DNA of 64,000 nucleotides, taken from an uncultured Actinomycetes bacterium (GTDB lineage Bacteria > Actinomycetota > UBA4738 > HRBIN12). The DNA is taken from assembly GCA_963786805.1 (NCBI GenBank), contig CAWBAK010000004.1, positions 242,043 to 306,042 on the forward strand, given 5' to 3'. The notes under the pieces were generated by a model. The model was not told where the DNA came from and ran no database searches. It saw nothing but the letters and a program-made list of their open reading frames with translations. The position numbers and the translations under genes were made by a program. Positions 30,400 through 37,907 of the stretch are shown piece after piece (position 1 is the stretch's first letter; every line of letters starts with the position of its first letter).

Positions 30400-31106
30400 G
30401 GATGCTGCTCGCCCAGACGGAACGCCTCGGCGGACATCTGCCGCCACCAGACCTCTTCCCCGACCGCTTCGAAGATGCCTCCGACCTGACTGACGTGCTC
30501 GAGGATCGCCTTCACCTTCAGCCCGTTGATCTCCGGCGGCAGCCGGTAGTCGATCGAAAGCTTCTCTTCGGGGGTGATCACCGGCGTGCCGGGCCGGAAC
30601 ACGTTGAAGGGTTCCCAGATCGGGAGGAACTCGTCCGCCCACTCCTGCGTAACCGTCGCGTAGTGGACCTTCGAGCCCGGCTTACCGGCCTCGCGCAGCG
30701 CCTGCGTCGCCCACGCGGAGATGTCCTTGTGCGCGGCGTGATCGGTCATGCCGTCCGGACCGAACGTGAGGATCGTGTCGGGCTGGATCTCCGCGACGAG
30801 CTCGCGGACACGCTCGTACCCCTTCTCGGGCAGACCCGTGTCCATGTCGACATCCGGAAGGTCGAGCCATACGTGCTCCTTCACCCCGAGGATCGCGAGG
30901 CACCGCTCGAGCTCCGCGGTCCGGACCTCGCCCATCGTGTCGGAGGGCCAGATCTCCTCGTCCATCGAGCCGCCCTCGCCCCGGGTCGCGGTGACACAGA
31001 CGACGCGGGAGCCGTTTCGGACCGCCCGAGCCATGATCCCGGCCGTCAGGTAGGCCTCGTCGTCGGGATGAGCCCAAACCCCGAGGATCGTCCCCAGCTC
31101 GTCCAT
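30396..31106 (-). CDS. PIG-L/LmbE family deacetylase (MshB/Mca-like)
   Basis: MDELGTILGVWAHPDDEAYLTAGIMA... (the AHPDDE zinc-binding motif) ...TFGPDGMTDHAAH.... The upstream part of the track ORF overlaps a Pro/Arg-rich region. Confidence 0.8.
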   Translation of the reverse strand: MDELGTILGVWAHPDDEAYLTAGIMARAVRNGSRVVCVTATRGEGGSMDEEIWPSDTMGEVRTAELERCLAILGVKEHVWLDLPDVDMDTGLPEKGYERVRELVAEIQPDTILTFGPDGMTDHAAHKDISAWATQALREAGKPGSKVHYATVTQEWADEFLPIWEPFNVFRPGTPVITPEEKLSIDYRLPPEINGLKVKAILEHVSQVGGIFEAVGEEVWWRQMSAEAFRLGEQHP

Positions 31107-31221
31107 GTCCCACCTCCCGGGTCGCGAGCGCTCGAATCCTAGCCGGGTCCCGACCGAAGGAGAGCGGCCCCCGGGAACCGGGGGCCGCCCAAGACCCGCG
31201 CGAGGGAGGGGGCGCGGGCGA

Positions 31222-31410
31222 TCAGGTTCGGTCGCTACGAAGCCGTTTGCCACGGTGGTTCGGGAACACGACCTCGGCGTGCTGCCAGCATCGGTCGGTC
31301 GTGTTGTAGACCGACAGGCGTGTCCGGCAGCCGGGCTCCGAGCAGAGCCGATCCGGGGACGCGGGATCCGAGGGCTGCGGTAGATGGCCCGGTCGCGTTC
31401 CCTTGGTCAC
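31222..31410 (-). CDS. Small hypothetical protein with a C-x2-C...C-x2-H zinc-ribbon-like motif
   Basis: A GTG at 31410 is preceded by GGAGGA with a 7-nt spacer. The 62 aa are VTKGTRPGHLPQPSDPASPDRLCSEPGCRTRLSVYNTTDRCWQHAEVVFPNHRGKRLRSDRT. It lies immediately downstream of rsrA. Confidence 0.4.
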   Translation of the reverse strand: MTKGTRPGHLPQPSDPASPDRLCSEPGCRTRLSVYNTTDRCWQHAEVVFPNHRGKRLRSDRT

Positions 31411-31463
31411 GGCGTCGTCCTCCGCCGGTGATTCGACGCGACCTTCGGGCGGGTTCGAACCGC

Positions 31464-31724
31464 CTACGAGAGCGGGCGGGGTGGGTCCGACGCCTCGACC
31501 ATGGAGCGGATCCGTTCCATCAGCTCGGCCGGAACCTCGTCGCACCCGCACTTGGCGCGCAGCATCTCCTTCAGCCGGCGCTGGAACTCGGAGTGCCCGC
31601 TGCAGGGGGTGCACTCCCCCAGGTGCCGCTCGACCTCCACGCGCTCGAACCCCACGAGCTCCCCGTCGAGGTAGAGCTCGATCTGGCGCAGCGCGTGCTC
31701 GCATTCAATCGGTGACAAGTCCAC
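31464..31724 (-). CDS. rsrA: Anti-sigma factor RsrA/RshA (zinc-associated, ZAS family)
   Basis: 86 aa: ...[16 protein letters not shown]...[29 protein letters not shown] carries the HxxxCxxC ZAS motif plus additional Cys. It is immediately downstream of and overlapping the ECF sigma gene. Confidence 0.8.
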   Translation of the reverse strand: MDLSPIECEHALRQIELYLDGELVGFERVEVERHLGECTPCSGHSEFQRRLKEMLRAKCGCDEVPAELMERIRSMVEASDPPRPLS

Positions 31725-32292
31725 GCTCCCTGACTGTTTCCCACAACGCCTTCTGGAGGGCTTTCCTTCCCCGATGGAGCCGGGACATCACGGTCCCGAT
31801 CGGGATGCCCAGGATCTCCGCGATCTCTTTGTAGCTGAAACCTTCGACGTCGGCGAGCAGGACCGCCATCCGGAAGTTCTCCGGCAGGTCCTCGAGCGCT
31901 CGCTGCACGTCCTCGTCGGGGATCTTCTCGAGCACTTCTGTCTCAGCCGATGCCTCGACGCCGGACTCCCCGAGCTTGTCGTAGAGGTACCAGTCCTCGA
32001 CCTCGCCGTCCTGGACGGTGACGGGCTCGCGTTGCTTCTTCCGGTACGAGTTGATGAACGTGTTCGTGAGGATGCGGTACATCCACGCCCGCAGGTTCGT
32101 CCCCTCCTGGAAGCCGCCGAACCCTCGGTACGCGCGCAGGTACGTTTCCTGCACGAGGTCGTCGGCATCCTGCGGATTGCGGGTCAAGCGCAGTGCGGCC
32201 CCGTACAGGCTCTGGAGCAGCGGGAGCACGTCCCGCTCGAACCGCTCGCGCAGCGCGGCGTCCTGTGGCGGCGCCGCCTGACTACTTGCCAT
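31705..32292 (-). CDS. sigH: ECF RNA polymerase sigma factor SigR/SigH-like
   Basis: 195 aa with the sigma-70 region 2 ...[40 protein letters not shown] and region 4 ...[30 protein letters not shown]. Confidence 0.9.
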   Translation of the reverse strand: MASSQAAPPQDAALRERFERDVLPLLQSLYGAALRLTRNPQDADDLVQETYLRAYRGFGGFQEGTNLRAWMYRILTNTFINSYRKKQREPVTVQDGEVEDWYLYDKLGESGVEASAETEVLEKIPDEDVQRALEDLPENFRMAVLLADVEGFSYKEIAEILGIPIGTVMSRLHRGRKALQKALWETVRERGLVTD

Positions 32293-32400
32293 CGCGATCG
32301 CTCCCCAACCTGACCTTCGGCATCTCCCGCGGCGGTCGATCCGGGCCGTCAGTATCCCGCATCCCGGCCGCCTGCCACCCGGCGGTCGTCCGACGCGCGG

Positions 32401-34458
32401 GTGACACCCGTGCCTGTCGTCTCCGAACGGGGATGGGAAGATGGAACGAGGTCCATGGCGAACAACAACGAGCGGCGCGGCCGGTGGCAGGGGTTCGATC
32501 TCGGAGGGGGCTCATCCGGCGAACCCCGTCGGATGCGCACGTCCCCGTTCGTGTGGATCATCGGGTTCCTCGTCATCCTCGTGCTGTTCAACTACCTCGC
32601 GTCGCCGCGGCCGGAGACGATCGACTACTCGGTGTTCCTCCAGCACGTCCAGGGCGATCGGATCGAGGGGACGCTCGAGATCTCGCAGACGTCCGTGGCC
32701 GGCGAGTTCCGCGGTCCCGACGGCGATCCGGTGAACTTCACGACGACCATCCCGCCGATCCTGCAGGGGACGTCGACGCTGACCGAGCTCCTGGATGAGA
32801 ACGGCGTCGAGTACACGGGCGTCACCCCGAGCCCGCTCTCGAGCATCCTGATCGGGTGGGTGGTGCCGCTCCTGCTCTTCGGGCTCCTCTGGTTCTTCCT
32901 CGTGCGGCGGATGAGCGGCGCGCAGACGGGGGCCGCCCTGAACCTCGGCCGAAACAAGGTCCGGATCTACGACCGCAAGGAGCTGAAGACGACGTTCGCC
33001 GACGTCGCCGGCGTCGACGAGGCGAAGGAGGAGCTGAAGGAGATCGTCGAGTTCCTGAGCAATCCGAAGAAGTACCAGCGCCTGGGCGGCCGCATCCCCA
33101 AGGGCGTCCTGCTCCTCGGACCTCCCGGGTGCGGCAAGACGCTCCTGGCCCGCGCCGTCGCCGGAGAGGCGAACGTGCCCTTCTTCTTCATGAGCGGTTC
33201 GGAGTTCGTGGAGATGTTCGTGGGGCTCGGCGCGGCGCGGGTGCGCGAGCTGTTCCAGCAGGCGAAGGAGAAGGCGCCGGCGCTGGTCTTCCTCGACGAG
33301 ATCGACACGATCGGCAAGGGCCGCGCCGGCGCGATGGGTGCGGGCTTCGGCGCGCACGACGAGCGGGAGCAGACGCTGAACCAGCTCCTCGTCGAGATGG
33401 ACGGCTTCGACGCGAGCAAGGGCGTCATCATCATGGCGGCGACGAACCGGCCGGACGTCCTGGACCCGGCGCTCGTGCGGCCCGGGCGGTTCGACCGACA
33501 AGTCGTGGTCGACCAGCCCGACCTCAAGGGCCGCGAGGAGATCTTGAAGGTGCACGTCCGAGGCGTGGCACTGGACCCGAACGTCGACCTTCGGATCCTC
33601 GCCTCGCGCACCCCCGGGTTCACGGGTGCCGACCTCGCGAACGTCGTGAACGAGGCGGCGCTGCTCGCTGCGCGCAAGGAGAAGGACGCCGTCACGATGG
33701 TCGAGCTCGAAGAGGCGATCGATCGCACGGTGGCCGGGTTGGAGCGCAAGAGCCGCGTGATGTCCGAGAAGGACAAAGAGCGCGTCGCCGTCCACGAGAT
33801 GGGCCACGCGCTCGTCGCCCTCACCGCGCCGACCTCGGACCCGGTGCACCGGGTCTCGATCATCCCGCGCGGCGCCGCGGCACTCGGCATGACGATGCAG
33901 CGGCCGCTCGAGGACCGATACCTGCTGACCGAGCCGGAGCTGAAGGATCGGCTGGCGGTCCTCCTCGGGGGACGCACCGCCGAGGAGATCGTGTTCGACA
34001 AGGTGGTCTCCACCGGCGCGCAGAACGACCTCGAGCGCGCCACCGAGATCGCACGCGCCATGGTCGCCGAGTACGGCATGAGCCCGAAGATCGGTCCCCT
34101 GTCCTTCGGCAAGGACGGGTTCCGCGGCGGCGGCATGCTGTTCCCCGGCTCGCGTCCGGAGCTGTCGGACGAGCTCGCCTCGCTCATCGACGAGGAGGTC
34201 TCGCGACTCGTGAACGAAGCGCACGGCCGGGCGACCGAGGCGCTCACGAAGACAGCGGATTCCTCGAGACAGATGTCCAAGATCCTGATCCAAACCGAGG
34301 TGATCGACGGCGCCGACCTCACGGCGTACTTCGACGGGACGAAGCCGATCCCGACCGCCGAGGAGGTGAGCCGGGACGTCGCCGGGAACGGTCAGCGAGG
34401 CTCGACGGCGGAAGACACGCCTGCCGGGCCCGACGTCGTCCTGCAGCCGCCCGCCTAG
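32401..34458 (+). CDS. ftsH: ATP-dependent zinc metalloprotease FtsH
   Basis: 685 aa, intact. It has N-terminal TM helices, the AAA+ Walker A GPPGCGKT, Walker [31 protein letters not shown], and a HEMGHAL zinc site. An alternative start is MANNNERRG at 32455. Confidence 0.92.
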   Translation: MTPVPVVSERGWEDGTRSMANNNERRGRWQGFDLGGGSSGEPRRMRTSPFVWIIGFLVILVLFNYLASPRPETIDYSVFLQHVQGDRIEGTLEISQTSVAGEFRGPDGDPVNFTTTIPPILQGTSTLTELLDENGVEYTGVTPSPLSSILIGWVVPLLLFGLLWFFLVRRMSGAQTGAALNLGRNKVRIYDRKELKTTFADVAGVDEAKEELKEIVEFLSNPKKYQRLGGRIPKGVLLLGPPGCGKTLLARAVAGEANVPFFFMSGSEFVEMFVGLGAARVRELFQQAKEKAPALVFLDEIDTIGKGRAGAMGAGFGAHDEREQTLNQLLVEMDGFDASKGVIIMAATNRPDVLDPALVRPGRFDRQVVVDQPDLKGREEILKVHVRGVALDPNVDLRILASRTPGFTGADLANVVNEAALLAARKEKDAVTMVELEEAIDRTVAGLERKSRVMSEKDKERVAVHEMGHALVALTAPTSDPVHRVSIIPRGAAALGMTMQRPLEDRYLLTEPELKDRLAVLLGGRTAEEIVFDKVVSTGAQNDLERATEIARAMVAEYGMSPKIGPLSFGKDGFRGGGMLFPGSRPELSDELASLIDEEVSRLVNEAHGRATEALTKTADSSRQMSKILIQTEVIDGADLTAYFDGTKPIPTAEEVSRDVAGNGQRGSTAEDTPAGPDVVLQPPA

Positions 34459-35381
34459 GGCGCGGCGTGATCGGGCTCGACGAGCAGGTCGAACCGGTCG
34501 CGGAAGCGCTCGAGGAACCGGTAGTAGTTCCGCTTGGACAACCGGTCCCGCTCGGCGGGTGGAGTCTCGGCCCACATCTGGTGGACGTGTTTGGTGACCG
34601 GCACGTCGACCACACGAGCGCGGAACCCGGCGTCCTTGAGACGGAAGGAGAGCTCGATGTCGGCCGTCCGATACCAGCGGAACTTCTCATCGAACAGCCC
34701 GACGTCGCGCAGCACATCGCGCCGGAACGCCATCAGGTAGCCCTCGATCGCATCGACGTCCTTATCCGGACCGACCCCGTCGCTCTCGTGGAACTCGTGC
34801 AGATCGCGGGTCGAGATGCCGAACGGACCGCTCACGCCGACGACGGGGTCTGCCAACGCCGCCTCGATCGGCCCGAACACGTCGCCCTGCGGCTCCACCG
34901 ACCCGTCGACCACGAGCACGACGCGACCACGGGACCGTTTGAGGCCCGCGTTCCGGGCGGTGGCCCAACCGGTTCCACGCTCTAACGAGAGGACCTCGAC
35001 ATCGTCGCCGTACGCCTCCTGCGGGGTCTCCGTGAGATCGACGACGACGTACTGCACGGTCCGCGAGCCGGCATTCGCCCGGAACGCAAGCAGCGCGCGG
35101 ACCACGTCCTCGGGCCATCCCTCGACCACCCAATGCACGCTGACGTTCGCCGTGGGCGGATCCTGCAGCACGCTCTCGATCCGGTCTGGGCTCAGGCGTT
35201 CCGTCTGCGGCGCTTCGACCGCCACGGGCTGGAGCTCGGGTCCCTGCGGGCCGTCGGTCACCTGGTAGCCGAGCTGTGCGATCCGTTCGCGGAGCGCGTC
35301 GGCGCCCTCGAAGTCCTTGGCCTGCCGTCGCTCATCGCGCTCGGTCGCAAGACGGCGGATCTCGTCGGGGATCTCAGGCAA
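34455..35381 (-). CDS. Glycosyltransferase family 2-like protein with a CysS-C-terminus-like N-terminal segment
   Basis: 308 aa. The GT-A core reads ...VVVDLTETPQ...LERGTGWATARNAGLKRSRGRVVLVVDGS.... The N-terminal 40 aa (ERRQAKDFEGADALRERIAQLGYQVTDGPQGP) closely resemble the extreme C-terminus of cysteinyl-tRNA synthetase. Confidence 0.7.
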   Translation of the reverse strand: MPEIPDEIRRLATERDERRQAKDFEGADALRERIAQLGYQVTDGPQGPELQPVAVEAPQTERLSPDRIESVLQDPPTANVSVHWVVEGWPEDVVRALLAFRANAGSRTVQYVVVDLTETPQEAYGDDVEVLSLERGTGWATARNAGLKRSRGRVVLVVDGSVEPQGDVFGPIEAALADPVVGVSGPFGISTRDLHEFHESDGVGPDKDVDAIEGYLMAFRRDVLRDVGLFDEKFRWYRTADIELSFRLKDAGFRARVVDVPVTKHVHQMWAETPPAERDRLSKRNYYRFLERFRDRFDLLVEPDHAAP

Positions 35382-35453
35382 CGCGATCGGACCTTCGCGA
35401 GAGGAGCGTGATCCCGCTGCCGGTCCGGCCGCCGGCCGGCCGGAGGGGACGGA

Positions 35454-35873
35454 CTAGACCGGCTCCTTGGTGACCGCGCGCAGACGTCCGGCGACGGCCT
35501 CGAGTGTCTTCAGCGCGATCGACGGATGCTCCATCAGCAGGCCGCGGAACACCCATCCGGTGATGCCCACCAGACGAACCGGTGTCAGCGCCGTCACGGT
35601 GGCGGTGCGGGGTCCACCGTCCAGGAGGGCCACCTCGCCGAAGAAGTCCCCGGGCCCGAGCTTGGCCTTGGTCTTGCCGCCGATCGAGACCTTGCATTGC
35701 CCCTCGAGGATCAGGAACAGGCCCACGCCGCGTTCGCCCTCGCGCGCGATGACGGTCGCCTCCCGGTGCGAGACCTCCTTGGCAGCGCGGCCGATGATCG
35801 TGAGCTCGCGCTTGGTGCATTCGGAGAAGATCGGCACCTGGGCGAGCCGCGTCGTCGCGTCCTGCTGGGCCAC
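35454..35873 (-). CDS. Cyclic nucleotide-binding domain protein (stand-alone cNMP-binding/Crp effector domain)
   Basis: 139 aa: ...VIAREGERGVGLFLILEGQCKVSIGGKTKAKLGPGDFFGEVALLDGGPRTATVTA... shows the cNMP-binding beta-roll and the FGE(L/V)AL phosphate-binding cassette. There is no DNA-binding domain. Confidence 0.7.
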   Translation of the reverse strand: MAQQDATTRLAQVPIFSECTKRELTIIGRAAKEVSHREATVIAREGERGVGLFLILEGQCKVSIGGKTKAKLGPGDFFGEVALLDGGPRTATVTALTPVRLVGITGWVFRGLLMEHPSIALKTLEAVAGRLRAVTKEPV

Positions 35874-35980
35874 CTGAGTCCCCTCCTCTTCCCCGTGGAC
35901 TGCCGGCCGGCGGTCTGCCCGGCGCGTCGGGCACCGTATCCTACCCGGGCTCCCGCGAGCGGCGCGAGTAGGATGCGGCG

Positions 35981-36172
35981 GTGAGCGGACGGCGGCGGAT
36001 CGCGGCGATCGTCCTGCTGTTCTTCATCGGATTCGGGCTCATCGCGCTCGCGAGCAGCCTCGGAGCGACCTGGCCCCTCCTGCTGACCCCACTCCCCTAC
36101 GCCACGATCGCATGGATCGTCGTGCACGCAGAGGACGACGCAGGAACGGCCCAAACGGCCGAGGCGGACTAG
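35981..36172 (+). CDS. Small hydrophobic membrane protein (hypothetical)
   Basis: 63-aa ORF with two predicted TM segments (IAAIVLLFFIGFGLIALASSLG; WPLLLTPLPYATIAWIVV). It is followed by a strong hairpin terminator. Confidence 0.4.
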   Translation: MSGRRRIAAIVLLFFIGFGLIALASSLGATWPLLLTPLPYATIAWIVVHAEDDAGTAQTAEAD

Positions 36173-36184
36173 CGCGGGAACGAC

Positions 36185-36218
36185 GAAGGGGCGCCTTGCG
36201 GCGCCCCTTCTGCTTTCG
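36185..36218. terminator. Bidirectional intrinsic terminator hairpin (11-bp perfect GC-rich stem)
   Basis: GAAGGGGCGCC-ttgc-GGCGCCCCTTC is followed by TGCTTTCG on the + strand. It is placed between the 3' end of the small membrane ORF (+) and the 3' end of tRNA-Met (-). Confidence 0.5.
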
Positions 36219-36292
36219 TCGCGGGGACGGGATTTGAACCCGTGACCTCTGGGTTATGAGCCCAGCGAGCTACCGGACTGCTCCACCCCGCA
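36219..36292 (-). tRNA. tRNA-Met (anticodon CAT), initiator-like
   Basis: The reverse complement TGCGGGGTGGAGCAGTCCGGTAGCTCGCTGGGCTCATAACCCAGAGGTCACGGGTTCAAATCCCGTCCCCGCGA gives a cloverleaf. The anticodon loop is CTCATAA. It has three consecutive G-C pairs in the anticodon stem (GGG/CCC) and a weak 1:72 pair, as in bacterial tRNA-fMet. It is near-identical in its core to the mycobacterial initiator tRNA. Confidence 0.85.
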
Positions 36293-36338
36293 CGACGATG
36301 CTACCGGAGGCGGCTTCGCTCCGACAAGGCGACGAGGC

Positions 36339-36746
36339 TCAGCCCACGCGAACGGCGGCTCGCATCCCGTACGCGTAGTGACCGGGGAGGTGGCAGCCGA
36401 TGATGAGCTCGCCCGCCTCCGTGAACGTGTACGTCGTCGTCGCGGTCTCTCCCGCGGCAACCGTCATCTCACCCGGCCGCGGGGGGTGATAGGCCTCCGT
36501 CCCGCGCTCGTGCGCGAGCTGCACGCCCTCGTCGCCGAGGATGAACTCGTGGTCGATGGGATCCGCGTTCTCGACGACGAACGTCACCGTGGTCCCGGCC
36601 TCGAACTCGAACGCCTCGGGGTGGAAACGCGAGTAATCGACGCGGACCCGGACGGTCTGCTCGCTCGGCTCACCGCCACTCGCGGGAGCGCACGCGGCGA
36701 GGGTGACGGCGAGCAAGCCCACCGCCACCCATCGACGCATCGTCAT
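36339..36746 (-). CDS. Cupredoxin-like copper-binding lipoprotein (plastocyanin/azurin family)
   Basis: 135 aa with a signal peptide plus lipobox (LLAVTLAAC). It carries type-1 copper ligands H...C-x2-H-x4-M (IDHEF...IIGCHLPGHYAYGM). Confidence 0.75.
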   Translation of the reverse strand: MTMRRWVAVGLLAVTLAACAPASGGEPSEQTVRVRVDYSRFHPEAFEFEAGTTVTFVVENADPIDHEFILGDEGVQLAHERGTEAYHPPRPGEMTVAAGETATTTYTFTEAGELIIGCHLPGHYAYGMRAAVRVG

Positions 36747-36748
36747 GA

Positions 36749-37831
36749 TCAGATCGCGGGCCGGTGGAACCGCCGACGCTCGAGCGCGCCGACGAGTCCG
36801 AGCAGCACCAGCATGGCGGCCGCGACCCACAACGCGGTGCCGAACGGCCCGATGCCCGCGTCGCCTCCGCGTGTCGCCCCGGGCATGCCCGCCGCTCGAA
36901 GCGACGGCTGCCCGGCACCGCTCGCGTCGATCGCGAGGTCGTACGTGAGGTCTCCGGCACGGGAGTCCAGACGCAGGTAGGTCAGCCACATGCCGCTCCG
37001 CGGCAGCCAGTTCATGCCCTCGTCGGACCTCAGGTCGGCGAGCAGCGTCGTCGACGCCGGCTGGCTCCGCTCCAGGACGAGCCCCGGCGAGGTTCCCGTG
37101 CCTTCCAGGAACGCCGCGGACGACGGAGCGACGGCGCCGGGCAGGATGGCCGGGACGAGATCGGTCAACAGGTACACATCGGCCTCGATGGGCGCGTCGG
37201 CGGTGGCGCCGAGTCCCAGGATCCGCAGCGGCACCCACGGGTTCGTCGTCGGGATGACGACGTGCACCGGAGTGCCGTCGCCGACGTCGAGCCCCTGCTC
37301 CGCGGCGCGACTCGCGTCGAACCGCACGGCCATGAAGATCGGGCTCCGCTCGGCGTAGAAGTCGAGCACCTCGGGAGCGTCGGGCGGGAGGAAGAAGCCA
37401 TGCTCGCGAGCCCAGTTGCCGACCGCCGTGCCTCCACCTTCGAGGACGACGATGTCGAGCGCGTCGATCTTGGTCTTCAGGATCACGTTCGCGCGATCTG
37501 CGGCAAGGAACGCCGCCCCGGCCTCGAGCGCCGCAGGCTGCGGCTGCGTCTCCTGGACGAGGCGCTGGAGCGTCCACTCGCCGCCTCGGATCACCTTGGA
37601 GGGAACGCCGGGGAGCGGGATGATCGAGCCGAACTCGCCTTTCCCGCCGGCGAACTCGAACGACGTGACGTAGTGCTCGACGCCGCGGTGATAGGCAGCC
37701 ATCGTGGTGGTGCGAACGAGCGTCACCGTCCCGTTCGAGTTGACGAGGCCACCGCACGCGAGCGCGGAGCCGGTGAACAGGAGCAGGGACGCCAGCGTTG
37801 CGGTGAGGACGAGCAGCGTTCGCCGGAGCAT
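36749..37831 (-). CDS. DUF2330 domain-containing secreted/membrane-anchored protein
   Basis: About 360 aa, taken from the C-terminal part of track ORF 36749..38503. It has a signal peptide MLRRTLLVLTATLASLLLFTGSALA, a conserved DUF2330-like body, and a C-terminal TM anchor (LWVAAAMLVLLGLVGAL). Confidence 0.65.
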   Translation of the reverse strand: MLRRTLLVLTATLASLLLFTGSALACGGLVNSNGTVTLVRTTTMAAYHRGVEHYVTSFEFAGGKGEFGSIIPLPGVPSKVIRGGEWTLQRLVQETQPQPAALEAGAAFLAADRANVILKTKIDALDIVVLEGGGTAVGNWAREHGFFLPPDAPEVLDFYAERSPIFMAVRFDASRAAEQGLDVGDGTPVHVVIPTTNPWVPLRILGLGATADAPIEADVYLLTDLVPAILPGAVAPSSAAFLEGTGTSPGLVLERSQPASTTLLADLRSDEGMNWLPRSGMWLTYLRLDSRAGDLTYDLAIDASGAGQPSLRAAGMPGATRGGDAGIGPFGTALWVAAAMLVLLGLVGALERRRFHRPAI

Positions 37832-37907
37832 CCGGGACCTCCCAGCGGTCGGGGGCGAGCGATGGGGCTTGGACGACTCGCCGCTCGGGATGGGTTCCCC
37901 GGAACCG

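Noticed and set aside
32293-32455. SigR/SigH-type autoregulatory promoter (GGAAT-N18-GTT) in the sigR-ftsH divergent region
   Set aside because: Only partial matches are present (GGGAT..., ...GGTCAGGTTG) and the spacing is wrong. That is not enough to call a promoter without a scan.
32512-34575. 687-aa minus-strand ORF and overlapping 709-aa and 451-aa ORFs
   Set aside because: These are antisense or alternate frames of ftsH with biased, Arg-rich composition. ftsH itself has every AAA+ and HExxH motif in one frame.
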